DNA from: Basidiobolus meristosporus CBS 931.73 | Taxonomy: Eukaryota; Fungi; Basidiobolomycota | NCBI GenBank assembly: GCA_002104905.1 | Contig: MCFE01000581.1 | Coordinates: forward strand, 1-56,249 | Length of the DNA: 56,249 nucleotides | Direction: 5' to 3' | In this document: positions 11,382-23,528 of the stretch, one piece after another | Layout: every line of letters starts with the position of its first letter | Numbering within the stretch: position 1 is the stretch's first letter | Made by a program: the position numbers and the translations under genes | The notes under the pieces: model-generated | Seen by the model: the letters and a program-made list of their open reading frames with translations, nothing else | Databases searched by the model: none | What the model was told of the DNA's origin: nothing

Positions 11382-12455
11382 TTAGCTAGTAGTATTTAGT
11401 ATTCCTGAACAAGCTCAAGAAACCTCTCCATCTCCTGCTACCCCAACATGTCCAGTCTAGAATATAAATTTGCAAGCGTTGTAGTGGGGTCACAGTGACA
11501 CCCACTGACAGATGTGTTCATTTCCATATTTTCTACTTCCCTATTTCTCTACTACACTAATTTTAGTTTTATCCCATTTGCCTTGCCTGATCAGTACTAT
11601 TCCATAAGCTGGTTGACTATCACACCTGCTTACCTTATTGCATAATTTATCCCCCACTTTATGTAATATTACTAGCAGTAAGTGCTTATATAGTAGGCAA
11701 GTACCTGCACCAGCACCTGTGACACATGATCAACCTGTGTCACCATCCCACCATTTTCACACCATATAGGGTATCCCTATGTTACAGAGGTTTCAGAGTA
11801 CTGATTCCTGATTAGTTGGATTTGCTGTGCCTCTTAGAACCTTCTGGCACCTACTTAGAACATTCTTAGGTTATTCTGATGTCATTAAGATTTCTATTGA
11901 TATCCAGAACCTTCTGGAACACCATGATTAGTAATCACTTAGTCAATAAGAAAAGTATATAAGGGAGGCTATCTCTTAACATTAAATTATCATCCCTTTT
12001 ATCAATATACTGACTTACTGAGTAGTGTGATCACTGCTACCTGCTGCTACCTAAGCTTCCAACCCCAGACCACAGGAGACTCCCAGAAAACCACATTGAC
12101 AGCCAACTGGCCTTGGAGGCACTACCTGTGAGGAATACTCGGAGTAGGTATCTTTTATTATATTTGATTCTTTCCCAAGCTTGTTCTTGTACAGGCAAAG
12201 ATACTTTTCTGTCCTTGTTACTATTGACCACAGCTGCATTCTTATCAAGTCCCTGCTGGTGGAGTTTACAGTTGTTTTGACTTTGGAAGCTTTAGTACAT
12301 TGTCATCTCAAAGGATGGTGAGCTCAGCACATACTTTTGTTAAGATGCCAGCTAAGTTGGGGATTATAGCTCAGTAGTTTTCCCCTGATAAGCTTGTGGC
12401 TTTATTCCTCATCACATTAGATTAGAGACAGAACCAAAGTATCCCTAGCAAGCTT

Positions 12456-13198
12456 TTGCCAGCGGTTATTGCACCCAGTGAACACCCCACACACAAAACA
12501 CTTGAGAAGTGTTGGATGCATCTCTCCCTTGGACCTATACACTACCACAGTGTCATGCCTGCCTTTGCCCAGCTGCAACAAGACAATGGAACTGCCCTGA
12601 AATGGTTCTCCCCTCTGGTGGAAACCAACTCCCCCCTACTCAGTGACTACCATGCCTTCCTCAGAGAAGTGCATCTAACATTTGACAACATTGACCAAGC
12701 CAGAACTGCTGCCAACAAGATCAAGAACTTGCAGCAAGGAAACAGACCTCCATCTGCCTATGCTTCTAATTCCACCTACTAGTCAGTGACTTGAGTCTTT
12801 GGGATGATGCTGCCCTAATTAGTCAGTTTCAAGATAGACGCAATGAAGTCAGTGACCTACTACCCACACTCCCTAACCCAACTACCTTGGGTGAAGCTAT
12901 ACATTAAGCAATCCAATGTGACAATCACCTTTTCCGGATGAAACAAAAGTTCCAACATACTTATCATCCAACCTCATTCCCAGTAATCCAGTCACCCAGT
13001 ACTAAGCCTGATGATCCTATGCAAATTGACAGTGCCAAATACACAAAACTTACGACAGAAGAAAGATCCAGACGTCAACAGGCAAACCTCTGCCTTTACT
13101 GTGGCCAACCAGGCCATTTTACCAAGTCTTGTCCCAACAAGAAGTCCAGCTTCAAACTCATGCAATTATTAAGTGAACAGCCTTCTCCAGAGTTGTAG
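12456..13198 (+). pseudogene. gag: Gypsy gag (Ty3-type capsid; zinc knuckle CLYCGQPGHFTKSC)
   Basis: GTALKWFSPLVE...SPLLSDY..F; DDPMQIDS; CX2CX4HX4C motif. Confidence 0.88.
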
Positions 13199-15268
13199 AA
13201 AGTAGAAGCCATCCAATCCTGACAAACTCTCTGCTCTGTAAAAGAAGTCTAAACCTTCCTTGGATTTGCCAACTTCTACTGCAGATTTGTTGCCAACTAC
13301 TCCAAGATAGTCACTCCCTTGACAAAGCTCATCCAGAAAGTCTGCCCTTTGCCTGGAATAAGGAACAGTCTGAGTCCTTTGATTCTACCAAGAAATCCTT
13401 CCTGTGTGCCCCATTGCTTGTCCACCCCAACTTTGAGAGTCCTTTCATCATAGAAACTAATGCCCCTGACTTTGCCCTTGGTGCCATCCTTTCCCAGTAT
13501 GATGACAAAGATGTGCTACACCCTATTGCATTCTACTTGCAAAAATTTCCTACAGCTGAAGTAAACTATGACATCTATGACAAGGAACTACTTGCAATCA
13601 TTGTTGCCTTTGAACAATGGAGACACTACCTTTATGGTGCAGCTCAAAAGGTAAAGATCTTCCATGACCACAAGAACCTTGAGTACTTTACCACCTAAAA
13701 AGTACTGAGCAGGAGACAAGCCAGATGGTCCCTCTTCCTGTCTAGCTTTGACTTTGTCATCACCTATAGACCTGGTGTGAAACAAGGAAAACCAAATGCC
13801 TTGTCCAGAAAGATGGAGCATTCCCTTGAAGAAGAGGATGATGCATGTTGGCAAATGAAAAACCTTGTACTCAACAAAAGACATTTTGAGCTCCTTGTAA
13901 CCCAGTCCTCCACTATTATAGCTCCTCTACTCCTTGAGAAGGTCAAGACCAGCCAAGCCACCAACTCCACAGCGGCAATAATCAAGAAATTCCTCAAGTC
14001 TCCCACTGACCCACCACCCAAGTACCCAAACCTCCAGCACCTACATCTAGTCAATAACATCATCTATAACCAGCATCAACTGTTTGTCCCAGACCTTGAT
14101 ACCTGGTTAGATATCATCCACTCTTGCCATGATGCAATGGCTGCAGGACATATTGGTATTGCCAAAACTATGGATGCAATCAAGAGAGACTTCTGGTGGC
14201 CCAAGATGATATCCCTTGTCAAGGAGTACCTCCAATCCTGTGACACAAGTAATTGTGCAAAATCTGCCAGACACCGGCCATATAGACTTCTTCAACCCTT
14301 GCTAATTCCTGACCAGCAATGGAAGTCAATTTCAATGGACTTCATAACTAACCTCCCAGAGTCCATCCAATTTAATTCAGTCCTGGTAGTGGCAGATAGA
14401 CTCACAAAGATGGCTCACCTCATTCCCTGCTCCAAGAATATGAATGACAAGGAGATTGCCCACCAAGTAATCAAGAACATTTTCTGGCTCCATGATATCC
14501 CAAGTGACATTGTATCTGATAAAGGACTCCAGTTCATATCAAAACTCTGGAAATACTTCATGCAATATCTTGGTGTGCAAGTCAAGCTCTCAACTACTTT
14601 TCATCCTCAGTCAGATGGTCAGAGGGAGAGAATTAACCAGATTCTTGATCAATACCTCTGGTGCTATATCAACTATCAGCAAGACAACAGGACCCAGCTG
14701 CTACCACTAGCAGAATTTGCCTACAACAACTCATGGCATAGTGCAACCGGTCTCACACCATTCCATGTTATGGTTTTCATCTGCAATTTGATATTCAGAT
14801 TCCAACAAACCCTAAGAGCCCCCAGCAGCCAAGCATGCATCAACAATTCTAGATATCCAAGAAACACTCAAGAAAGTACTATGCTCAGCCTGTGAGGGGT
14901 ACAAGAAGTTTGCAGACAACAAATGGCAGCCTAGCCCCAAGCTTAATGAAGGAAATTCAGTATGGCTCTTGAGAAGAAACATTGTTACCAGCCACCCTTG
15001 TGACAAATTAGACTACAAGAAGCTAGGGCCTTTCAAGAACAAGAAGAAACTTAGTCCAGTTTCATACCAACCACAGCTGCCACCAATTTTGAAAATCCAC
15101 AACACATTCTGTGTATCCCTACCAGAGCCATTCCATGAGAGTACTCTACCCAACTAGCACCCAGCAAATCACCCAGCCATCCAAGTAGACAAACACCAGG
15201 AGTTTGAAGTTCAGCAAGTATTGGATTCAAAGTACATGAAATCCCAACTTTACTATCTTGTAGACTGA
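13195..15268 (+). pseudogene. pol: Gypsy pol: RT 3' part, RNase H, integrase, chromodomain (15179-15268)
   Basis: FLGFANFY; ETNAPDFALGAILSQ; NYDIYDKELLAI; HDAMAAGHIG...FWWPKM; ISMDFIT; [13 protein letters not shown]; EFEVQQVLDSK...YYLVD. Confidence 0.92.
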
Positions 15269-16671
15269 TTGAGTTAATATTACCATATGCAATAATACAA
15301 ATGCAAGAACTGGGTGAACTAGATATGTATTTATTTCAGTGGCCTTCTGTTTTTTTCAGCTTTTGTGCAAGGAGTTTATGGCAGGAGTTGAGTGGTTATA
15401 TTACAAACATAAAGCTGAATGCATACATCTCTGCTGCTACTGTATCCATTTGCTACTCCATCTTGCCTAGTGTGTGGAGAATATTGGGCCTTGCTTTGCC
15501 TTTTGGGTGTTTCCTATGGAGCAGATGTGTGGGTAGATAGGAAGACATATTAAATTGCAAGTTTACCATATCCCAATCTCATCAAGAATATTACCTTCAA
15601 GTCTGCCATGGATGTGATGAGTTGGCAAATGGAGGACAGTCAGGAAGAATTGGAATATACTGAGGACATTTGTGCATGCTGAGTCACCTATGCATATGGC
15701 AGTAAGAAGCTAAGCAGCCCCAATGAGTGGGTAATCTGTCAAGTAATGCAAAGTTGGGTTGGGTGCAACAAGGAACTAGTTTTTATTAGGAAAGCTCTAC
15801 CAAATATGCCAAGTTTCTCTTGGTCACAAGCAATTTTTTCACAATTCAATACAGAATTCACACAAACAAGAGCCAGAGTGCACCTAGAAGGGGGACTAGA
15901 ATCTGGCAGGGAAAATCAAAATATTTGCTAAATACTGCAAAGTTCTTTGTGGATATTCAGGCAGTATTCATGGCAGAAGTGGTGGCAACTAATAATGTGT
16001 TTACAAGATATATATATTACTAGCAATACAAGGTATATGGCAACTTTGCAAGTATTGCACTAGAAAGCTGTAAAGTTGAGGTGATAGAGGTATATGAATT
16101 GCAGCAGGTGTGCATATTTGTGGAGGTTAGTAAGCAAGAAGCCATGATTTTACTATTTGAACTATTTGTGGAATACCCAAGGTAGTAGTGGGTAAGCAAA
16201 TAAAGAGGGGTGCTTCTACAGTGGAATATATGAATTGTGCAAGGGGAGGTAGAATAAGGGAATACTATTTGGCAAATTGGTACAGTAGCATTATACAGAA
16301 CTAGCTGTAGGCCACTATACTGCTGTGATAATGTCATCAGAGGCTTGTCATGAGGCCATCAAAGCACGATCAAGTTTCTTACTATATAAGACAATATGAT
16401 GTAATAGCCAGTGAGATCCACTCAAATAGTTATAGAATGCACTAAGCCCACCACAATGATATGCAACTCTTGTTACAACACTGCCCAAACACTCTCCTAT
16501 TTTTCAGCTATTTTGGCAGCAAAATTAGCCAAATGCCATTGTGATCCTGTCATAGGATTGTGTACGGGGTCATTAATTCCAAGCTGCTGGTATTATAATG
16601 GTCTCCTAACAGGATCCTGATGACAGATCTGGATCAGATCCATCTGCTGGACCAAATTATATTTCATAGGG
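15269..16671 (+). mobile_element. CACTA-like element right part (transposase C-terminus 15275-16330, subterminal GATCC motifs, right TIR ending ...TTTCATAGGG)
   Basis: Transposase homology to 8690-9350 and 52340-52790. The reverse complement of 16661-16671 is CCCTATGAAAT, matching the left termini. Confidence 0.85.
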
Positions 16672-18152
16672 AGATCCACATGTAAGAATTCTGCACCCTA
16701 GTGAGCAATCAGCTGTGTTCTCAGTTCCTAATGGAGTGGGTCAAGGCTCTGTGCTTGGCCCTTTACTACTTGCCATATTCCTGAATGACTTCTCAAGACT
16801 CTCAGCTGATGGCCTGATTATCCATACTGCTGATGATATCAGAATACTTATATCCAATGTCCTGCAAGACTCCAAGACCCTCCACCTGTATCCGCAGAAG
16901 AATAATCTCTAGCTTTCCATTACAAATACAGTATCTTTGGGTAGTCCTATCTATATAGAGGCCAGCACTCTACCTGCTCAAGTTTCTGCTACATATCCCT
17001 AAGAAAAAAACTAAAAAAAAGGCCAGCATTACACCATTATAGTATTAGCTGAATTCCAAGCTTCCCAAAATTAACAGTTGTCAATATCTCAGGTACTAGC
17101 TACTGAGCAGACAAGCAAGCCTATTTTCCTGGAGGAGACTAGGCCAACTGCATCCATACCAAGTCTGGTAAATAGCTGACCACTACTTCCATCAAAAATT
17201 GTGAATAAAAATTTAAGCAAAAAACCATCTCAATACCGGCAAAATACCATCACAATACCTGCAGAAAATCCAATGAATTCCAAGTTTAAGATTTTTCATT
17301 GGGTATCATGACTTCCCTTTTCTTTCTATGGACTATATCCTTGAGCACACGTGAATAAGAGAATCATCCTGGCAAAACAGTCACTCCTCAAGCTTATAGC
17401 TTTTAACCCTCCTACAATGTATACTACCAGCTGCCTCCTTCTACCCAAGCAGTTTGTCTTCCCTGTCCTAGATTTTGGATTACTGCTACTACCACTTACT
17501 TCTAGAGTCTGCACTAAGCTCAACAAGTTTGCAGTCTGATGCGTTACCTCCTTAATGCCTCATCTGCCCCAATACCCCTACAGAAATGCTATTCTTGGTA
17601 CATTTGGGTTTATGCCTTATAGCTCAGACTATTCCATACTAGACCCAGAAGATATCTCAGACCCCACCACTGCAACATCCCACTGATCAAGGCCTGGAAG
17701 AGCCCCCATCACAATATACCTGGCCCCTGCTGGAGAAGCATACTTGGAGATCCAAATATTAAGAAGTTTGCAAATTATATTCTGCAGTCAGAAAAGCCCA
17801 ATTTGGCCTACCTGCAATACCTGACAGACCTTTGGCAGCAATATCTGAAGCTGCACACTCCCTTCATAATGGTATGAATCAAATATGTTTCCCTTACAGA
17901 TGCAGTTGACATATAATTGTTATATCAATTCATGTCATATCTACCTTATTAATGTTGTTCACAAATCATTCTTACCCCTCTTCCCACTGAGCAATGTTTT
18001 GATCACTGAATAACTATCATCTCTCCTGATTAACTTACCTTCAAATTCCCCTCAGCTACAAACTCTTGTATCAAAGCTAAAACAGTAGTGTTAGCCTCTT
18101 TGTTTCAATTGAGATATAGACTTCACCTATTGGTTACTGTCTTTCCACCTGA
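16672..18152 (+). mobile_element. Non-LTR retrotransposon (LINE) RT 3' half, unit 1
   Basis: FSVPNGVGQGSVLGPLLLAIFLND...TADDI (RT motifs, decayed YADD); interrupted by a MITE. Confidence 0.8.
16997..17303. mobile_element. 307-bp MITE with CCC...GGG termini and 3-bp TSD, related to the CACTA-like family
   Basis: Ends CCCTAAGAAAAA and TTTTTCATTGGG; TSD TAT (16994-16996 and 17304-17306). The empty site is present in LINE unit 2 at about 18472-18500. Confidence 0.82.
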
Positions 18153-19282
18153 AGATCCACAAGCAAGAATCCTGCACCCAAGCTAGCAATTAGGTATTCT
18201 CTCAGTTCCTAATGGTGTAGTTTAGGGCCCTGTGCTTGGTCCTATACTGTTTGCTATCTTCTTGAATGACTTCCTAGGAGCTTCAGCTGACTGCCTGGTT
18301 ACCCTCCTTACTGATGCTATCATAATAACCTCCTCCAATGTGCAGTAAGACTGGCAGACCATCTACCAGTATCTGCAGAAGAATAATCTCCCACTTTCCA
18401 TTACAATAATAGTACCTTTGGATAGTCCTATCTTTCTAGAGGACTGCACTCTACCTGCTCAAGTTGCCGCTACATATCTTTGCTTCCCTTTCCTTCCTAC
18501 TAGACAATATTCTGGAGCACACCTGAGCAAGAGAATCATCCTGGTGTGGCAGGAACTTGGCAAGCTTATCACTGTTACTCCTACAAATTCTGCTCCCAGC
18601 TGCCTCCTTCTGCTCAAGTAGTTTGTCTTCCCTGTCATGGAACTTTGCTTACCAGTTCTAGCTCTTACTTTAGGGACTGCACTAAACTTGCCAAGCTTGC
18701 AGTCTTGTGCATTACCTCCTTGATGCCGCATCTGCCTGCATGCCCCTATAGACATGTAATTCTTAGTACTTTTAGGCCTATGCCATACATATCAGACTTC
18801 TTTACCCTTGAATCACATTATATATAGACTGCACCACCTCAATAGCCCACTGATCAAGGTCTGGAAGAGCACTCATCACACTACACCTGGCTCCTACTTG
18901 AGAAGCAAATATGGAGATCCAGATGTCAAGGAGTTTGCTAATTATATCTTGCAGTCAGGAAAGCCCATGAAAGCGTTTATAAAGCACTTGAAAGACCCTT
19001 GGCAGCAATATCTGGAGCAGCATATTCCCTTTATGAATAGTATCAATCCATACCATATTCCCATTAGTAATGTTGTTGACAAATCAATCTTACTTCTCTG
19101 GTTATTCTCCCTTGCCACTCAAAGAGTCTCAAGCACTGAAGAATTATTGTTTCTTCTGGTTAACTTACCTATTAATTCCCATCAGCTACACACTTATTTA
19201 TCAAAGCTACAACAGTAGTGCTAGCTTCTTATTTCAACTGAAATAAAGATCTCACCTGGTGGTGACTGACTCCCCCACTTGG
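18153..19282 (+). mobile_element. LINE RT 3' half, unit 2 (head-to-tail with unit 1)
   Basis: Colinear with unit 1 minus the MITE; ORF 18808-19218 gives the C-terminal region. The start of a third unit is faintly visible at about 19283. Confidence 0.8.
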
Positions 19283-19399
19283 TAATACTAAATAAGATTT
19301 TGCCTGTTAGTGATTATCATCCCCCTGACCTTAAGGCATTATGTAGCAAGAATACAAAAAGTTAATTGTGCCAAATAGTGCCACTGCTTGGATGCAATG

Positions 19400-21250
19400 T
19401 TAAAGACCCCTATACTTCCATTGAAAGAAGTGACAGACAATGCACAACTTATATTATAGACAAAGTGACCATATATTGTCCACTCATTCTTTCCCACTAT
19501 GCATTACTATTTCTGAGGATTTACTATGCAAGATCTGCAACATCTATATTATTATGGACAGTTAGATATACTTTATATAGCTTAAGATTTTTGTAATCCT
19601 CAGTGCATTTGTAGTACCAGGAGAGAACTGGTACTATGTGGCATGATTCAGCAGAGCAAGTCTATTAACCATGATTTTACTGGTACACATATAACTTACT
19701 TCATGAGTGTATTTCAATGTGAATGAAACTCCTTGACAAGATACACTTTACTACTGCAGCAGTGATTTTGGCCCTTGCTTCTCTTCAGCTGGTGGTTGCC
19801 GCTCCAATTGTGTACTCTTCTCCTTGTACCAGTCAGTATCAATGGGTCCATTAGTGTAGCTCACCATGTGCACTGGATGCAGAAGGCTGCTATCAGAATG
19901 ATCAAGTCTTGCTCACCATTAAGACATCAAATGCCTAAGTGCCTTTATTGTGACAGATATTAACCACTGTTGCCAGAAAACACAATGATCTAATAACAGC
20001 TTCAACATGAAATATCAAGCAGATCCCAGTCTCAGAGCAGAGTGCTTTGCAAGCACATCAGAATATACCAAACAGATGGATGCTGAGCACTTCAAAGATA
20101 GCTGCTCAAGTCTCAATGTCTTTATGCAGCCTACCCAAGATGTGCAATACCCGGCACTCATGGTTGAGACCTAATGTGTCTCAGACTATCCTGACCAAAG
20201 TGAATGATATACCTCCTGTGCTGATAATAGCACTTGAGGTAGCCTAATAAAGCTTACATACTTGTTCTCTCAGCCAAGAAGAAATTGGGAAGTTGATAGA
20301 AATAATATGAGTAGTATGACATTAGGTATACAATATATTGATTGATGGCAAAGTTCCTACTTATATACCTGGGCTTAACCCTCACCCTCATATAAATATT
20401 TACCACTCATATAATGGTTGCTAAACAGGGAGGCATAATCCATCTTTAACAATGGTGATGGTGTATGTTTCTGGTCCAAACATTGTGCTGTCTACAAAGT
20501 TTAGGGTGCTACTATGACCAGAGTACAGTGTATACAGACAAGGAACACAAAGGTGGATAAAATATAAATAGCGCAATGCATCATGCAACATTTAGCTTTC
20601 TGTACAAGGTATTTGGCCAGACACTCTTGTGTAACTGGGTCAGCAAAGGTTACACTCTGGTATGTATTATGTATACTTCTGGTTCAAATAACAAAAGATA
20701 TCTTCAGCTCATCAGTTGAGAAGATCGATTTCAGCCAGGCCATTTCCCCCCCAATGTTCTAAGAAATTGGCTATCCCAGTATGAGCAATGTAAAATCTGT
20801 TTAGATATCTAATCAAGAGCAATATGTCATTCTAGAGTTACATTTCAAATAGGAAGCAATGCTCACTGATTTCAAATGCATTCTGTGCCATCCCATAGTG
20901 CATCCATCTGATAATTGGATAATTGTCAAAGCACTTATTTCAGGGGTCAAAAGCTTCAAGCTTCTCTACTTAACCTGTGGTAGTTGTGGAAAGAGCCTTC
21001 TCTAACAATGATGAAGAAAATGGGCATGCATCTCATTGGGATGGAATGTCAAGTTGTGAAGCCAGTCACATTACTGAACACTGAACATAGTGTAGTAATC
21101 CGCCATGGAGGACACAGTGCTGTGCACCTCCAGGTCTATTGTGAATCTCTGCTAAGCCCAGGAATGCCAATGAAATTGGTTGGCCCAGTAGCAAGCTATT
21201 CTTAGAAATTTATTAAAGTTAAGACAAATAAATGAACCAGCTATGTTGAC
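19400..21250 (-). pseudogene. Mutator-like (MULE) transposase remnant, copy 1
   Basis: FVDSTMFG...TITIVKDG..LPV (first catalytic D region), D..E..AAIFEV, VFWQQWL...W.AR...TNGPID, and a possible SWIM finger near 19450. Many stops and frameshifts. Confidence 0.55.
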
Positions 21251-21863
21251 ACAAATTGTCATGGAGAAGCCTGACACAAAAGTCACTGCATATAAATAAA
21301 GTTAAGACTGCTTTAAGGAACCAGGATTTTGGTTTGTTTTTTCTGTGGTAAATGAAGCCAAATATAATTGCTTGAAAGTGGGAGTTTCCTGTTTATATAG
21401 GGGAGAGTAAGGGTAACTGTGCTATATTTATAGCATTTTCAAGACAAAGAGTGTATAATTGAAGTGATTGTAGACTAATATAATCCAAAAAAGAACCTCA
21501 AGCACATTGAGAAAGGCCCAGAATTTAGTGTGCCAGAATTCCAAATTTGGATACAACATAACTCTGTCAGATCACATTTTAAAAGTTTGGATTGTCTAAT
21601 TTATCCAGCATTGAGCATCAACTCTCTCTGGTGTTCCTCATTACTAAATCAAGTTTAATAGATGATATGCATATTAGTGAGCAAATCCAAAGTCTTCCAA
21701 ATCCCTCAGTATATGTTTTTTACCACTCACTGACTGCTAAAATTTTGTCAGCCTCCTGACCACATTAGATTACTTACTATGCTATTTATTCATGGGTATG
21801 TCACCCATCAATGTAGCTATTTGACAGGATGCATTTTACTCCAGCAGCAGTGATTTTAGCACT

Positions 21864-22231
21864 TGTTATGATCTGCTGCTTGAATGTTTAAGTTAGATCA
21901 GTTTTTAGTCAAATCAATTTGTATATGTTTAGGTTATCAGTATATCAGTATTATCTATGTAATCAGCAGCATTAGTCAGCAAACAAATCAGCAGATCCTT
22001 ATCAGACAGAAATAGATATATTAAGTAGGATCTTATTGTGTGATGATGATGTAATCAAATGAATCATCAGCCACAGCCTACATTAGGAAATACAATTAGT
22101 CAGCAATTGATCTGGCAAAAAGTATATAAGAAGCTGCTGGAACCTCAATAAAAGTCAGTTCAAGTTTTAGTGAATACAATACTAGCTAAACTCCCTATTC
22201 CTCTACAACTCTTATACCAAGACTTGTAACC
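21864..22231 (+). mobile_element. Solo LTR, Gypsy family D
   Basis: Matches 42061-42430 and the reverse complement of 40203-40571. TSD CACT (21860-21863 and 22232-22235). Confidence 0.9.
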
Positions 22232-22800
22232 CACTCATTTCACTTTAACTGATGGTTGCTACCCCATTTGACTGCTGTTCTCCTTGTACTAGTGAATACA
22301 GAAGAGTCAGTTATCAAGATTTATTGTGTGAGCAGTATGTGGAAGGCTGCTACCTGAATGTGCAAGTTGTGCCCACTCTTTAGACAACATATTTCCCAAC
22401 CCCTTTGACATGTCAGGTGTTTGCTAGTATTGCCAGGAAATAAAAAATCTGAGCACAAAGAAGCTGAGCACTTAGATGATTGTTCACAAGTAATACATGT
22501 TGTTTCTGAGAGAGGTGCACAAATGGACAGGTTTTAGTTTCAACAGTCTAGACACATAAAATGCTTTACAAGCTATCAGTAATTGGATCTAGCAACATTA
22601 AGATTGCATTGTCACAAAGGTACTAGCTAAATTCTTGTGCGCCAAGTTGGCTTGATTTGGGCAGGGTGATTGATTCAGATGTTTTGATGTCCCTCAAGTA
22701 GGTATGTTGCTATCAGTATGAACTATCCCTGTATTGTACCAAATATTCTATCACAAACCACTTGAAGTATTGGACCATGGGCTTTCAATGGAGCCATTAT

Positions 22801-23528
22801 ACTTGTTCCATTGGATAGTGCCACATTGAGCCATGAGTGCCAAATGATGCCATAGTGTGCCTGGGAGGCCAACTGAACCTATACTTGGCCACAGAGTGTG
22901 AAACATAGCTCTGCATCTTCATGCAAGGCAGCCCCTATGTTTCACTCTTTGTGCTGGTGAAAATTTTTTTTTGACCTTTTTTTTGGATCAAAGTTTTGCA
23001 GGATGTGTAAGAACATATAACAAATGAAGACATACAACTGGTACTCAATGCCCATGGCACTCTGAATCTAGCTCCTGTAGCTTGTATGTTATCACAAAAA
23101 TGCATGGCACCATCATGGTCCACTGGTACTATCAGTCACTATATTTAGATATTAGCCTTGAAGTAAGACCTATATATAGTACTTATAGTAACAGATAGTA
23201 CCAGTGGACCAAGATAGTGCCATGCATTTTGGTAACATGATGCAAGCTACAGGAGCTAGATTCAGAGTGCCATGGGTATTGAGTATCAAATGCCTGTCTT
23301 CAGTCCTTTTGTACTATCACACATCCTGAAGAACATTGATTCAAAAAAAAAGGCCAAAAAAAGGATTTTCTCCAGCACCATGGGTGAAATACAGGGGCTG
23401 CCTTGCATGAAGATGCAGAGCTATATTTCACACTCCATGGCCAAATATAGGCTCACTTGACCTCCCTGGGATGCTATGGCATCATTTGGCACTCATGGCT
23501 CAATGTGGCACTATTCAATGGAATAAGT
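22801..23528. repeat. 728-bp foldback palindrome (arms 22801-23143 and 23184-23528, 40-bp spacer)
   Basis: The arms are reverse complements along their length, e.g. tagtgccacattgagccatgagtgccaaatgatgccatag versus ctatggcatcatttggcactcatggctcaatgtggcacta, and ggtccactggtactatc versus gatagtaccagtggacc. Confidence 0.93.

Larger units (their letters stand above)
11480..15268 (+). mobile_element. Ty3/Gypsy chromovirus (family B), internally deleted, no 3' LTR
   Basis: LTR-b at about 11480-12416, then gag, CCHC knuckle, RT C-terminus, RNase H, integrase and chromodomain. Confidence 0.9.

Noticed and set aside
11324-12385. tRNA genes at the GGGGATT.TAGCTCA motifs
   Set aside because: There is no B-box or cloverleaf 3' half, and the motifs sit inside LTRs. 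They are kept only as a motif observation.
13777-14895. 372-aa ORF as a functional integrase
   Set aside because: The zinc-finger and core motifs are damaged, it frameshifts before the C-terminus, and the element lacks the protease, most of RT and the 3' LTR.
5568-16671. One intact CACTA element from left TIR to right TIR
   Set aside because: There is no TSD, the flanks are unrelated and the transposase segment is duplicated.
21250-21690. Possible MULE terminal inverted repeat or promoter
   Set aside because: It is AT-rich and I could not find a matching inverted partner near 19300.
22801-23528. Palindrome arms as the TIRs of two neighbouring MULEs
   Set aside because: No partner TIRs exist elsewhere in the window, and the MULE reading frame appears to continue across the site.
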